Shown piece by piece: positions 47,699-58,901 of a stretch of DNA of 64,000 bases. Below the pieces are notes generated by a model. The model searched no databases. It had not been told where the DNA came from and saw nothing but the letters and a program-made list of their open reading frames with translations. The stretch covers positions 23,464 to 87,463 of the forward strand of contig DASXLX010000054.1 of NCBI GenBank assembly GCA_036495935.1. The letters are read 5' to 3'. The position numbers and the translations under genes are program-made. The first letter of the stretch is position 1, and every line of letters starts with the position of its first letter. This DNA comes from Candidatus Aquirickettsiella sp. (GTDB lineage: Bacteria > Pseudomonadota > Gammaproteobacteria > Diplorickettsiales > Diplorickettsiaceae).

Positions 47699-49066
47699 GT
47701 GCAACTCAATCCTTTAACCGCAATTTCTCCTATTGATGGTCGTTATTCAGATAAAACCGATAGTTTGCGTCCCTTATGTAGCGAATATGCTTTATTTTAT
47801 TTTAGAGTATTAATTGAGATACGCTGGCTACAAGCCCTGGCTAACCATTCTGGCATCAAGGAAATTCCTGCATTTTCTCAAACAACTCAGCAACAATTGA
47901 ATCATATTATTGAAAATTTTAATTTGGAAGATGCTGAAAGAATTAAAATTTTAGAAAAAACAACGCGACACGATATTAAAGCCGTTGAGTATTTTTTAAA
48001 AGAAAAACTAGCCAAAAACCCAGAATTCAAATCAATCCGTGAATTTATACATTTTGGCTGTACGTCTGATGATATTAATAATTTAGCTTATGCTTTAATG
48101 CTCAAGGACGTACGGACTCAGCACTTACTCCCTGCAATGCAGCAATTAATAATTTATTTAAAAAAATATTCACATCAATACTCCACACATCCTATGTTGG
48201 GTCGTACGCACGGCCAACCCGCTGTACCTACAACAATGGGTAAAGAATTTGCGAATTTTACTCAACGCTTATTAGCTCAGGAAAAAATATTCGCTTCAGT
48301 AAAAATTTACGGTAAATTTAATGGTGCTATTGGTAATTACAATGCCCATCGGATTGCTTATCCTGAGATTGATTGGCCTGAGCTTAATAAAAATTTTGTA
48401 ACCAGTCTAAATTTAGATTGGAATGCTTATACTACACAGATTGAGCCTCATGACTATATTGCAGAATATTGTGATAGTTTAAAACGGATTAATAATATAT
48501 TAATTAATTTGACAGCCGATTTTTGGGGTTATATTTCTTTGGGTTATTTCAAACAAAAAATCAAAATAGGTGAAGTTGGCTCATCTACCATGCCGCACAA
48601 AATTAATCCCATCGATTTTGAAAATGCTGAAGGAAATCTTAGTTTAGCGAATAACTTATATCAACATTTTTCAAGAACCTTACCGATCTCCCGTTGGCAA
48701 CGTGATTTAAGAGACTCAACATTATTACGTAATCTTGGAACAGCGTTTGCATATAATTTAGTTGCTTACAATAGTTTACAATGTGGTTTAGAAAAAATTT
48801 CTATCGATGATACTAAATTGCTTGAAGATCTTAATCAACATTGGGAAATTTTGGCTGAAGCCATACAAACTATTTTAAGACGGTATGCTACTGAAATGCC
48901 CTACGAAAAATTAAAAATCTTAACGCAAGGTAAAAAACTTAATCAAGAAGCCCTTCATCAATTTATTAAGGACCTAAAAGTTCCTGACGATATTAAACAA
49001 AAATTACTCGAATTATCACCTACTAGTTATTTAGGCTATGCGACTGAGCTGGCACAATCAATCTGA
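47699..49066 (+). CDS. purB: Adenylosuccinate lyase
   Basis: GTG start after AAGAGG. LTAISPIDGRY, GSSTMPHKINP signature. Confidence 0.95.
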   Translation: MQLNPLTAISPIDGRYSDKTDSLRPLCSEYALFYFRVLIEIRWLQALANHSGIKEIPAFSQTTQQQLNHIIENFNLEDAERIKILEKTTRHDIKAVEYFLKEKLAKNPEFKSIREFIHFGCTSDDINNLAYALMLKDVRTQHLLPAMQQLIIYLKKYSHQYSTHPMLGRTHGQPAVPTTMGKEFANFTQRLLAQEKIFASVKIYGKFNGAIGNYNAHRIAYPEIDWPELNKNFVTSLNLDWNAYTTQIEPHDYIAEYCDSLKRINNILINLTADFWGYISLGYFKQKIKIGEVGSSTMPHKINPIDFENAEGNLSLANNLYQHFSRTLPISRWQRDLRDSTLLRNLGTAFAYNLVAYNSLQCGLEKISIDDTKLLEDLNQHWEILAEAIQTILRRYATEMPYEKLKILTQGKKLNQEALHQFIKDLKVPDDIKQKLLELSPTSYLGYATELAQSI

Positions 49067-49126
49067 AATTTTAGCGCGTTAATTTTAATGCGCTTATACT
49101 ATTAATTAAATAAGATTTTAGAAAAA

Positions 49127-49930
49127 TTGTATTTGGAAACCATTATGCAAATGGACTTAACAAACAAACTATTTAACTTTTTTTTTAAATGGCTAAATAG
49201 GGAAGTAGAACCACCTCAAACTGTCCCCTTAAGTGATTTTAATAAACTTCGTTATGAACTACGTCCATGCGATGTTTTATTAATAGAAGGTCGCAACCGT
49301 ATTAGTCAAATGATTAAAGTCATTACCCGCAGTTCCTGGTCACATGCTGCACTGTATATTGGTCGTTTATACGACATTGAAGATAAGGATATGCAAACAA
49401 GAATAATCGAGTTTTACTCTGGTGATCCAAACGAACAATTAGTATTTGAAAGTTTGTTAGGAAAGGGGGCTTTAATCTCGCCATTGAAAAAATATGAAAA
49501 GGAGCATACTCGCATTTGTCGTCCAAGAAATATTTCTTATCAAGAAGGACAAAAAATCATTAACTACGCTATAAAAAAATTAGGTATAGAGTATGATTTT
49601 AGATTAATTTTTGACTTAGGGCGTTTTTTAATGCCTTGGCCACTTTTACCCCGTAGATGGCACTCTACATTATTTAATTACAAGCCAGGGATGAGAACCA
49701 AAGAAAGCTGCTCTTCCTTATTAGCTGAGGCTTTTCAATCCGTCAATTTTCCAATATTACCAATTTTAAAAACTGAAAAAAACAGCACTAAACTTTACAA
49801 AAGCAATCCAAGACTGTACTCGCCGCGCGATTTTGATTATTCTCCCTATTTCGATATTATAAAATACCCTATTTATTTAACTACATTGCAGAATAATCAA
49901 AGATTAAATGAAAAATTAAATAAAGAATAA
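49127..49930 (+). CDS. Permuted papain-fold (NlpC/P60, YiiX-like) putative hydrolase
   Basis: His-before-Cys order: SSWSHAALYIG ... KESCSSLLAEAF. The track start is TTG; ATG at 49145 is an alternative. Confidence 0.5.
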   Translation: MYLETIMQMDLTNKLFNFFFKWLNREVEPPQTVPLSDFNKLRYELRPCDVLLIEGRNRISQMIKVITRSSWSHAALYIGRLYDIEDKDMQTRIIEFYSGDPNEQLVFESLLGKGALISPLKKYEKEHTRICRPRNISYQEGQKIINYAIKKLGIEYDFRLIFDLGRFLMPWPLLPRRWHSTLFNYKPGMRTKESCSSLLAEAFQSVNFPILPILKTEKNSTKLYKSNPRLYSPRDFDYSPYFDIIKYPIYLTTLQNNQRLNEKLNKE

Positions 49931-52534
49931 TTACTTTTTAGTTTTAAGATTTGTTTTTTTTGCCGTTAATTTTATTTTTTCATTAATATAGTCTACAAAA
50001 ATTTTATCTCCGGGTAAGAATTTTTCTTCGAGCATATCTTTGGCAATCGGATTCTCCAATTCTTGTTGAATAGTACGTTTTAGAGGGCGTGCACCATAAA
50101 CAGGATCGTAACCCATTTTAGCAATATGATTAATCGCAACTTCGCTAACTTCTAATTGTAAATCACGATCACTGAGGCGTTCGTGTAGGCTTTCCAATTG
50201 AATTAAAGTAATTTTATGAATCTGTTTTTCAGACAACTCATGAAACACAACTACCTCATCAACACGATTAATAAATTCCGGTCGGAAATGTTGCGCAATA
50301 ATATCTATAAGCGTACTTTTTAAAGCAGCATAATCTTTTTTCGACGTCAACTCTTGAATAATTTGCGAACCTAAATTTGATGTCATTACTATAACAGTGT
50401 TACGAAAGTCCACTGTGCGTCCTTGCCCATCTGTTAATCGACCATCATCTAATACTTGTAATAAAATGTTAAACACATCTGCATGTGCTTTTTCAATTTC
50501 ATCCAGAAGAACTACGGAATAAGGTTTCCGACGAACTGCTTCGGTAAGATAACCCCCTTCTTCATAACCGACATATCCTGGAGGAGCACCAATTAGACGT
50601 GCGACAGAATGTTTCTCCATAAATTCTGACATATCTAAACGAACCATAGCATCGTCAGAATCAAATAAAAATCCTGCTAATGCTTTACAAACCTCTGTTT
50701 TACCAACACCAGTCGGTCCTGAAAAAATAAATGATCCAATCGGACGCTTAGGATCTGACAATCCCGCGCGTGAACGTCGAATTGCATTTGATACAACAGC
50801 AATCGCTTCGTCTTGACCAATGACACGTTTGTGGAGTGCATCTTCCATATGTAATAATTTTTCTCGCTCACCTTCTAGCATCTTAGCAACTGGAATGCCG
50901 GTCCATTGTGAAACAATTTCTGCAATTTCTTTTTCACTCACTTTATTGCGCATTAAATGGGACTCTTTTTTTGCCATCTTCTGAGCTGCAACCAATTTTT
51001 TCTCTAAGGCGGGGATATGACCATACTGTAATTCAGACATTTGATTTAGATCACCAGAGCGACGCGCTTTTTCTAACTCAAATTGGGCCTTTTCAAGCTC
51101 ACTTTTAATTTTTTGCTCGCCCTGCAAGCTTGCCTTTTCGGCCTTCCAAATCTCATTAAGATCAGCATATTTTTTTGAAAGCTCAGTAATCTCTTTTTCT
51201 AAATTTTCCAATCTAATCTTGGAAGCCTCATCGGTTTCTTTTTTTAAGGCTTCTCGTTCAATTTTTAACTGAATTAATCGTCTATCTAAACGATCCAATT
51301 TTTCTGGCTTAGAATCAATTTCGATTCTAATTCGACTAGCCGCCTCATCAATAAGATCAATTGCTTTATCAGGCAAGTTTCTATCAGAAATGTAGCGATG
51401 AGACAAAGTGGCTGCAGCAACAATAGCTGAATCCATAATTTCAACACCATGGTGAATCTCATAACGTTGTTTTAAGCCGCGTAAAATAGCTATAGTATCT
51501 TCAACGCTAGGTTCATCTACTAAAATTTTTTGAAAACGGCGTTCTAATGCAGCATCTTTTTCAATATAATTCCGATATTCATTTAAAGTAGTTGCGCCAA
51601 TGCAATGCAACTGACCTCTCGCTAAAGCAGGTTTAAGCATATTTCCTGCATCCATAGCTCCTTCTGCTTTTCCCGCACCCACCATGGTATGCAACTCATC
51701 AATAAATAAAATAATTTGTCCCTCTTGTTTTGCCAGCTCATTTAAAACGGCTTTTAATCGTTCTTCGAATTCTCCTCGATATTTAGCTCCAGCAATCAAT
51801 GAGCCCATATCTAAAGCAAGTAAACGTTTGTTTCTTAATCCTTCTGGAACTTCATGATTAACAATTCGTTGCGCAAGTCCTTCCACTACAGCGGTTTTAC
51901 CAACACCAGGCTCGCCAATAAGGACTGGATTATTTTTTGTTCGTCTTTGCAGCACTTGAATAGTTCGACGTATCACATCATCACGTCCAATGACTGGATC
52001 GAGTTTTCCTTGAGATGCCTGCGCTGTTAGATCAATAGTGTATTTTTCCAAAGCGCCGCGACGACCTTCTGCTTCAGGATCATTCACTGCCTCTCCGCCT
52101 CTTACATCTTTTATTGCTTGTTCAAGCAAAGTTTTGCTAGCACCCGCTTTTCTTAATAATTCACCCAAAATATTTTTATCATCTATAGCTGCAAGTACAA
52201 ATAATTCGCTTGATAAATATTCATCATTTCGTTGATGTGCAAGCTTATCGCATATATTTAGTAAGCGGACGAGATCTTTAGAAGGATAAATCTCTCCAGG
52301 AGTTGCAGTCTGAACTTTAGGTAAACGCGCAATTGCCTCATCCAAGTCTTTAGTTAATTGATTTAAATTAACATTAGCTTTAATCAATAAAGGTTTAACC
52401 GTACCATTCTCTTGTTGCAATAGAGCAGACATCAAATGGATGGGTTCAATAAAAGCATTATCCTGCCCGATAGCGAAAGATTGAGATTCCGCTAATGCGT
52501 TTTGAAACTGACTGGTTAATTTATTAAGACTCAT
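49931..52534 (-). CDS. clpB: Chaperone disaggregase ClpB
   Basis: 867 aa. Two AAA+ modules ([18 protein letters not shown]) and a long coiled-coil middle domain. Confidence 0.97.
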   Translation of the reverse strand: MSLNKLTSQFQNALAESQSFAIGQDNAFIEPIHLMSALLQQENGTVKPLLIKANVNLNQLTKDLDEAIARLPKVQTATPGEIYPSKDLVRLLNICDKLAHQRNDEYLSSELFVLAAIDDKNILGELLRKAGASKTLLEQAIKDVRGGEAVNDPEAEGRRGALEKYTIDLTAQASQGKLDPVIGRDDVIRRTIQVLQRRTKNNPVLIGEPGVGKTAVVEGLAQRIVNHEVPEGLRNKRLLALDMGSLIAGAKYRGEFEERLKAVLNELAKQEGQIILFIDELHTMVGAGKAEGAMDAGNMLKPALARGQLHCIGATTLNEYRNYIEKDAALERRFQKILVDEPSVEDTIAILRGLKQRYEIHHGVEIMDSAIVAAATLSHRYISDRNLPDKAIDLIDEAASRIRIEIDSKPEKLDRLDRRLIQLKIEREALKKETDEASKIRLENLEKEITELSKKYADLNEIWKAEKASLQGEQKIKSELEKAQFELEKARRSGDLNQMSELQYGHIPALEKKLVAAQKMAKKESHLMRNKVSEKEIAEIVSQWTGIPVAKMLEGEREKLLHMEDALHKRVIGQDEAIAVVSNAIRRSRAGLSDPKRPIGSFIFSGPTGVGKTEVCKALAGFLFDSDDAMVRLDMSEFMEKHSVARLIGAPPGYVGYEEGGYLTEAVRRKPYSVVLLDEIEKAHADVFNILLQVLDDGRLTDGQGRTVDFRNTVIVMTSNLGSQIIQELTSKKDYAALKSTLIDIIAQHFRPEFINRVDEVVVFHELSEKQIHKITLIQLESLHERLSDRDLQLEVSEVAINHIAKMGYDPVYGARPLKRTIQQELENPIAKDMLEEKFLPGDKIFVDYINEKIKLTAKKTNLKTKK

Positions 52535-52799
52535 ATTCCCCTCTAATTACCACTTATTAAGATTTATATCTTATAAATAGTTTAGTCTAATTAGAAAAAA
52601 TCAAGTCAATTTAGCTAAACAAATGTTAGCAACCAATACTTTAGACAATTTAAGTATAAATTTACGGTAAAAATTATCTAACTCTTGTGTAGTAATTAGG
52701 CTTAGGAAGTTAGATTTTTGTATTTTCAGCCAAAATATGTCCTGGCTAGTAAAAAAGAGGTAAACTATGCGCATTTTTACTCTTATTTCAAAAATTTAA

Positions 52800-53771
52800 A
52801 TGGGAAATTCTATGATAGAAGAACTATTAAATGATCCAGCATGGCAACGCAAAACCATAGAAAAATTACTTTTTGATACCTTAAAAGAACAACGTCGCAA
52901 AAGACGTTGGAATATTTTTTTCAAATTCCTGTTTTTTATAATTTTTTTAGGTCTTCTGTTAACTTTATGGCCAACAACAAGTAATCTCCCCACTGCTTCA
53001 AAAACAAAAGCACATATCGGACTTGTTGATATTAGAGGCATCATCGATGACAATTCAACTGCAAGTTCTGATAACGTAATTGAAGGATTGCAAAACGCTT
53101 TTGAAGATAGAAATACTCGTACAGTGATTTTGCGTATTAATAGTCCAGGAGGCAGTCCAGTTCAAGCGGCACAGATCTACAATGAAATCCGCTATTTACG
53201 CCATCAATACCCAAAGACTAAATTGTATTCTGTATGCGATGATCTTTGTGCATCTGCAGCTTATTATATAGCCTCGGCTAGTGACGACATCTATGCTAAT
53301 CCTGCCAGCTTAGTCGGTTCAATTGGTGTTTTAATGGATGGATTTGGTTTCGTTGATACCATGAAGAAAGTCGGTGTTCAACGTCGCCTATTAACAGCTG
53401 GAGACCATAAAGGCTTTTTAGATCCCTTTTCACCTGAAAAAATAGATGAAAAGCTCATTGCTGAACGCATGCTTGCAAATGTTCATCAACAATTCATTCA
53501 TGCCGTTAAACAGGGGCGCGGAAATCGCCTAAAAGATAATCCAGAGTTATTTTCTGGTTTAGCGTGGACAGGAGAAGAAGCATTATCTTTAGGACTTATA
53601 GACGGTTTTGGAGATTTAAATAGCTTATCTCAAGACTTAATTAAAAATAAAAATATTGTCGATTACACCGTCAAACCTGGCCTATTACAACAACTTTCTG
53701 ATCGAATGGGTGCTGCGTTCGCACAACAAATAAGTACAAACTTGGGTATTTTACCTCATGGATTTCGTTAA
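52800..53771 (+). CDS. sppA: Signal peptide peptidase SppA, 36K type (S49 family)
   Basis: N-terminal anchor, INSPGGS, ASAAYYIAS (Ser nucleophile context), GDHKG. Confidence 0.85.
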   Translation: MGNSMIEELLNDPAWQRKTIEKLLFDTLKEQRRKRRWNIFFKFLFFIIFLGLLLTLWPTTSNLPTASKTKAHIGLVDIRGIIDDNSTASSDNVIEGLQNAFEDRNTRTVILRINSPGGSPVQAAQIYNEIRYLRHQYPKTKLYSVCDDLCASAAYYIASASDDIYANPASLVGSIGVLMDGFGFVDTMKKVGVQRRLLTAGDHKGFLDPFSPEKIDEKLIAERMLANVHQQFIHAVKQGRGNRLKDNPELFSGLAWTGEEALSLGLIDGFGDLNSLSQDLIKNKNIVDYTVKPGLLQQLSDRMGAAFAQQISTNLGILPHGFR

Positions 53772-53798
53772 AAAATAAAGCATAAGAAGGAGTTTATC

Positions 53799-54191
53799 AT
53801 GAAAAATACTGAACATGGATTTAGCTTATTCGAACTGCTTATTGTTTTATTTATAGTCGGTATTTTAGCTACAATCACTTATCCTATTTACATTCACGCT
53901 CTGAAGAAAACTCACCGTACTGAAGCGAAAATTGCTTTAATAAATCTTGCCCAACAAATGGAAATTTATTATCTTGGAAATAATAATAGTTACGAAGATG
54001 CGAACTTTAACAAGTTACATCTAAAAGATGTTACTGAAAAAAACTTTTATCAATTGCTTCTAAAAAGCACTACCAGCAGTTATCAACTATCAGCCAAAGC
54101 TAAATTTTCCGATTCTGAATGTTATCTATTTATGCTTAATCAATTAGGAGAAAAAACTAATGCTGGTACCGGTTCGAAGCAGTGCTGGTAA
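53799..54191 (+). CDS. Type IV pilin (PilE-like), class with short leader
   Basis: MKNTEHG|FSLFELLIVLFIVGILA prepilin cleavage/N-methylation motif. C-terminal Cys pair (SECY...KQCW). Confidence 0.8.
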   Translation: MKNTEHGFSLFELLIVLFIVGILATITYPIYIHALKKTHRTEAKIALINLAQQMEIYYLGNNNSYEDANFNKLHLKDVTEKNFYQLLLKSTTSSYQLSAKAKFSDSECYLFMLNQLGEKTNAGTGSKQCW

Positions 54192-54295
54192 TGGAAATTG
54201 AGTTTTTAAAGTTTTATATTGCGTGGAATATCCTCTATATTGATGAAAAATATTTTCTACTGCTATACTTCATCTGATTTTCAAGGAGATTTAAT

Positions 54296-54767
54296 ATGCT
54301 AAGGAAACTATTAGCGGCGGAATTTTTAGGTCTTTTTGGCTAGTGTTAGGCGGATGCGACAGTGCTGTATTAGCCGCTAAATTTCCTCTAGTAGGTATAG
54401 GTTTTTTGGGTGTAGCTTTTGGTTTGAGCTTACTAACCATGTGTTGCGTATTCGCCCCAATCTCTGGTTGTCATTTAAACCCTGCCGTTTCGATAGGTCT
54501 TTGGGCTGCGGGTAGATTTAGCCTTAAAGAAGTACCTAGTTATATTATTACTCAGGTAATAGGAGGCATACTAGCCACTACTGTTTTATATCTGATTGGC
54601 AAGTGGACATCAAGGGTTTGATCTACGAAATGGCTCTGCCAGCAGGTCCAGCACTATTTGTAGGAGGGTGGGCAATCCACCAGCTTTGATTATTTTGGCT
54701 CGCTCCCTTAGTCGGTGGAATAATGGGTGGAAGCTTATTTAGATATATCTGGGGAAATGAAAAATAA
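54296..54767 (+). pseudogene. aqpZ: Degraded aquaporin Z gene
   Basis: [14 protein letters not shown], then a frameshift in a T-run (5 T where 6 would keep frame), [14 protein letters not shown]...HLNPAVS (first NPA). About 70 codons including the second NPA are missing. In-frame TGA replaces Trp in QL*LFWLAPLVGG. Confidence 0.8.
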
Positions 54768-54815
54768 GCTCCTGAACGATAAAACAGAAAAAAATTCTTT
54801 ATATAATTATTAATA

Positions 54816-55787
54816 TTAAATTGCCGTTTCAGTGGCGATTGCTAATGGCGTTCGTAATTCACGTGGTAGAGCAAAAGCAACGTTTTCATCTATACCTATT
54901 AATTCGGAAACCAAACATTCTTGCCAATTAGGAAATGTTTTTAGATATTTTATAACCTCTTGGACTAAAAATTCAGGTGCAGACGCCCCTGCAGTGATAC
55001 CAATAAATTCTTTTCCAATTACCCAGGTTGATTGGATATCTTTAGCCGTATCAATTAAATACGCAGGTTTACCTAAACGTTCGGCCAATTCTTTCAATCT
55101 ATTAGAGTTGGAACTATTAATAGATCCTAAAACTAATACCATATCACATTGTTTTGCTAATTCTTTTACCGCAAGTTGACGATTTTGTGTTGCATAACAA
55201 ATATCCTCTTTCTTAGGTGTAGCAATTTCAGGAAAACGCTGCTTTAAATCCTGTATAATAGTTTTAGTATCATCCAATGATAAAGTCGTTTGTGTAACGT
55301 AGCTTAATGAGCGAGGATTTTTAACTTTTAACGAAGCAACATCCTCAGTATTTTCTACTAAATAAATCCCTCCAGCTGGATTATCATAATGTCCTAAGCT
55401 TCCCTCTACCTCTGGATGATCCGCGTGCCCAATCAAGATGCACTCTTGGCCTAAGCGATTATAGCGTGCCACCTCCATATGCACCTTAGTTACTAAAGGA
55501 CAAGTCGCATCAAAAACTTTTAAATTGCGTTGTTTAGCGGATTCACGAACGGCTTGAGAAACACCATGGGCACTAAAAATAGCAGTGGCACCTTGTGGTA
55601 TTTCATCGATATGTTCAACAAAAATTACACCTTTTTGTTCTAAATCGGCAACTACAATTCGATTATGGACTACTTCATGGCGCACATAGATAGGTACGCC
55701 AAACAGATTTAATGCTCTTTTAACAATTTCTATGGCGCGATCAACACCGGCGCAAAAACCTCGAGGATTAGCTAAAACAATTTTCAT
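54816..55787 (-). CDS. ispH: 4-hydroxy-3-methylbut-2-enyl diphosphate reductase
   Basis: 323 aa. [35 protein letters not shown]. Confidence 0.95.
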   Translation of the reverse strand: MKIVLANPRGFCAGVDRAIEIVKRALNLFGVPIYVRHEVVHNRIVVADLEQKGVIFVEHIDEIPQGATAIFSAHGVSQAVRESAKQRNLKVFDATCPLVTKVHMEVARYNRLGQECILIGHADHPEVEGSLGHYDNPAGGIYLVENTEDVASLKVKNPRSLSYVTQTTLSLDDTKTIIQDLKQRFPEIATPKKEDICYATQNRQLAVKELAKQCDMVLVLGSINSSNSNRLKELAERLGKPAYLIDTAKDIQSTWVIGKEFIGITAGASAPEFLVQEVIKYLKTFPNWQECLVSELIGIDENVAFALPRELRTPLAIATETAI

Positions 55788-55896
55788 AGCACAGCTCTTT
55801 AATTAAGGACTTAGTTTAGAGATGTGCAAAAAAATTGCAAGCTTTATGTAGAAAAACACTGTGCAACTAAAAGAAACTAATCACTTTTTGATAAAT

Positions 55897-56631
55897 TTAG
55901 CGTTGATGAATGTTCCTAAAGTTTCTATTGTCTACATTTTTATAAAGTCTTTCCGTAACAAAAGTATTTAACGTTTTGTAAAACAGTGACTTATTAACAT
56001 TTAATGGCTTATTTTTAATCACTTCAGACCATCGTCTATCAATTATTTCCTTAGATAAAGAACGTGTGGGGGTATTTTTAAATAGATTGAGTTGGTTATT
56101 CAATAAATCCTTAAACTCGCTAACCGAGCTACAGCGCCGCGCCGCAATGATTAAAGCCTTGGCTCTTTCATTATGTTTAGCCGGAAAGCGAATAAAAATA
56201 TTTCTATCTACATAGTTCTTTCTTAAACATTTTATAAAATCATTAATAAGTAACTTCAGCTTTTGTTCCTCTTTCATATCTACTTTTTTATTAAGATTTT
56301 GAATTTGGACGATATTTTTCACTGAATTTTTTTGAATTACATATTTAGTAATCTCTCTTACAATCATGGTTTTTTTGCTATCATAAGCATCTTGTAAAGC
56401 AGTTCGTTTTTTCTTGTTTAAGCTAAGTAATGCTCCTTTTCTTAATAACATGACTGTCAAATCTTTGTGCCCCCCTCTTGCGGCAAAATGCAATGGAGTG
56501 TCGCCACCTTGATCCTGAGCATCAATATTTAATTTTGATTTATCTAGCCAATACTCAAATAAATTAACATCGCCTATATTTGCTAAAGTAAATAAGCAAT
56601 TATTTTCCCAATTGAGATTAGATTTGGGCAT
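55897..56631 (-). CDS. Ankyrin-repeat protein with unknown C-terminal domain
   Basis: GDTPLHFAARGGHKDLTVMLLRKGA ankyrin consensus (about 2 repeats). The remaining ~150 aa have no recognised motif. Confidence 0.7.
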   Translation of the reverse strand: MPKSNLNWENNCLFTLANIGDVNLFEYWLDKSKLNIDAQDQGGDTPLHFAARGGHKDLTVMLLRKGALLSLNKKKRTALQDAYDSKKTMIVREITKYVIQKNSVKNIVQIQNLNKKVDMKEEQKLKLLINDFIKCLRKNYVDRNIFIRFPAKHNERAKALIIAARRCSSVSEFKDLLNNQLNLFKNTPTRSLSKEIIDRRWSEVIKNKPLNVNKSLFYKTLNTFVTERLYKNVDNRNFRNIHQR

Positions 56632-56663
56632 TTTTTTCTCTCCTTATAATTACTTATTATTAA

Positions 56664-57053
56664 CTATACTAATTGTTTTTTTATTTTTTTCAACACTGCA
56701 AAAAGTAATTCTTTAGATATAGGTTTATAAAAAAAATCATATGCTCCTAGCATGATCGCTTCACACCTTTCTTCTTTGTTTGCTTCACCAGAAAATAATA
56801 CTAATGGAATATTTAATTTTCTTTTTTGCATTTTCGCTAATAATTGCAAACCATGAAGATTGGGCATAATTCTATCGCTTAAAACAACAAAAAATTTATC
56901 GGAATTTTGTAGTAAATAATTCCAAGCAAGTTGGCCATCTTTACAAGCTATGTAGGCATATTGAGCTTCATCTAAGTATTGAGTTAATACTTTCAGGCAC
57001 AGTTCGTCATCATCCACTAGTAATATCTGTTTCGGATTCGGATTTATTATCAT
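56664..57053 (-). CDS. Stand-alone response-regulator receiver domain (CheY-like)
   Basis: 129 aa. LLVDDDE, VLSDRIMP (phospho-Asp context), LFSGEA, FFYKP (Lys). No output domain. Confidence 0.8.
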   Translation of the reverse strand: MIINPNPKQILLVDDDELCLKVLTQYLDEAQYAYIACKDGQLAWNYLLQNSDKFFVVLSDRIMPNLHGLQLLAKMQKRKLNIPLVLFSGEANKEERCEAIMLGAYDFFYKPISKELLFAVLKKIKKQLV

Positions 57054-57219
57054 TTGATTTTACATTATTTAATTTTAATAAAATCTTAATATAGTTTCGC
57101 CCTGAAATAGTCAAATCTTTTAAAATAATATGTAAATATCTAGGGCCAAATAATAACAAAGCAATCAGAAAAATAATAAGGAACGATATTAGATTTAATC
57201 CATAAAATCCCATAAACAC
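57010..57219 (-). CDS. TatA/TatB-family-like small membrane protein (possibly degenerate)
   Basis: MFMGFYGLNLISFLIIFLIALLLFGPRYL...: polar residue + TM helix + FGP hinge + amphipathic stretch, immediately after ubiB as tatA is in E. coli. The 3' end overlaps the receiver gene by 44 nt. Confidence 0.45.
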   Translation of the reverse strand: MFMGFYGLNLISFLIIFLIALLLFGPRYLHIILKDLTISGRNYIKILLKLNNVKSNDNKSESETDITSG

Positions 57220-57242
57220 TCCGTGTTTAAAGTAAAATTAAT

Positions 57243-58901
57243 TTAATTTCGTAAATTAATCATCGCAACTAAAAATAACCCCAAACCTCCTAAACCTAAA
57301 ATCCATAAATACGTAGATGTTAAATGTGTTACATCCTTAACACTTAGATCTAACAAAACCCAAACTATACAAGCAGTAGCAATACCTAAACCTATAAACC
57401 AGAAAGATTTTTTACGTGTTTGTTTTTTTTCTTTTTCTTTTGCGCAATAAAGACATTTTGGTTTCTTTTTTAAATGACGTAACTCGAGCATTACTTGATA
57501 TATTAAATCTGGAATTTCAGGAACCTTTTCTGCCCAAAAAGGGGCATATTCCCGAATTTTTCGTATAAAGGCCCGTGGCCCGACTTGTTTTCGTAACCAA
57601 TGTTCTAAAAAAGGTTTGGCTGTGTTCCATAAATCCAAATCTGGATACAATTGCCGCCCTAAACCTTCAACATTAAACAATGTTTTTTGCAATAGCACTA
57701 ATTGCGGCTGCACCTCCATATTAAATCTTCTAGCAGTCTGAAATAATCTTAAAAGTAATTGTCCAAAAGAAATTTCTTTTAAAGGTCTTTCAAAAATTGG
57801 TTCGCATACGGTGCGTATCGCTGCCTCAAATTCATTAATCCTAGTATTTTCTGCAACCCAACCCGATTCAACATGCAATTGGGCTACACGACGGTAGTCT
57901 CTATTGAAAAATGCTAACAAATTTTCGGCGAGATAGCGTTGGTCATCTGGACTTAAACTTCCCATAATCCCGAAATCAACACCCAAATACTGAGGATTTT
58001 CTTTATTTTTAGGTGAAACAAAAATATTCCCTGGGTGCATATCGGCATGAAAAAAACAATCACGAAACACTTGCGTAAAAAAAATTTCAACGCCTCGTTC
58101 CGCTAATTTCTTTAAATTAATTCCTTGCTTTTTTAAAGTAGAAATATCAGAAATTGAAATACCATAAATGCGTTCCATGACTAGGACTTTATGAGAAGTA
58201 TACGACCAAAATACTTCTGGAATGTAAAGCAAATCAGAATCAGAAAAATTACGCCGTAATTGTGAGGCATTAGCACCTTCACGTAATAAATCTAATTCGT
58301 CTTTTAAACAAGCTTCGAATTCTGCTACAATTTCACGAGGTCTAAGTTGCTTGGCAGATCGCCAATAATGTAAAGCCAAATCCGCTAAAGCATACAATAA
58401 ATCAATATCTCGATTTATTTTTTTATAAATTCCCGGTCTTAACACTTTAACCACAACTTCTTGACCCGTAGTCAACAACTTAGCGGTATGAACCTGCGCA
58501 ATAGAAGCCGACGCTAAAGGATTAATATCAAATTGAGAAAATGCTTCTGAAATGGATTTTCTAATACAAGTTTCAACAATAGATTTCGCTTCTTCTCCTG
58601 GAAAAGGAGGTACACGATCCTGTAGCTTTGCTAATTCGTCAGCAATATCAATAGGAATAAAATCACGACGTGTTGATAAAGTTTGACCAAACTTAACAAA
58701 TATTGGACCCAAGTCTTCTAGTGCAAGACGAATTCTTTCTCCTCTAGACATCTTTTTATTAAGTCTTCGATAAGGATTTAAATATCCAAAAAAACGTAAA
58801 GGCCTGAATAGATCGAGAGAATACATTAATTCATCTAGATTATAACGAAAAAGAATAAAACTGATCTGCATTAAACGCACTAGATGAGAAATAGCTTTCA
58901 T
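57243..58901 (-). CDS. ubiB: Ubiquinone biosynthesis regulatory kinase-like protein UbiB
   Basis: Start set at [10 protein letters not shown] (ATGA overlap with the ubiJ stop). [22 protein letters not shown], two C-terminal TM helices. Confidence 0.9.
   Translation of the reverse strand: MKAISHLVRLMQISFILFRYNLDELMYSLDLFRPLRFFGYLNPYRRLNKKMSRGERIRLALEDLGPIFVKFGQTLSTRRDFIPIDIADELAKLQDRVPPFPGEEAKSIVETCIRKSISEAFSQFDINPLASASIAQVHTAKLLTTGQEVVVKVLRPGIYKKINRDIDLLYALADLALHYWRSAKQLRPREIVAEFEACLKDELDLLREGANASQLRRNFSDSDLLYIPEVFWSYTSHKVLVMERIYGISISDISTLKKQGINLKKLAERGVEIFFTQVFRDCFFHADMHPGNIFVSPKNKENPQYLGVDFGIMGSLSPDDQRYLAENLLAFFNRDYRRVAQLHVESGWVAENTRINEFEAAIRTVCEPIFERPLKEISFGQLLLRLFQTARRFNMEVQPQLVLLQKTLFNVEGLGRQLYPDLDLWNTAKPFLEHWLRKQVGPRAFIRKIREYAPFWAEKVPEIPDLIYQVMLELRHLKKKPKCLYCAKEKEKKQTRKKSFWFIGLGIATACIVWVLLDLSVKDVTHLTSTYLWILGLGGLGLFLVAMINLRN

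Noticed and set aside
52535-52799. Sigma-32 heat-shock promoter upstream of clpB
   Set aside because: The minus strand contains TTGACTTGAT-like words but no CTTGAAA-N13-17-CCCCATNT arrangement. I cannot call a promoter from the sequence alone.
54832-55179. Track ORF 54832..55179 (plus), 115 aa, and similar internal antisense ORFs (e.g. 1824..2084, 8591..8857, 10099..10371, 25324..25569, 27184..27489, 41961..42284, 43010..43291, 50677..51108, 59822..60076, 61985..62248)
   Set aside because: Each is fully embedded antisense or out of frame within a longer ORF that carries strong family motifs. None has independent support.
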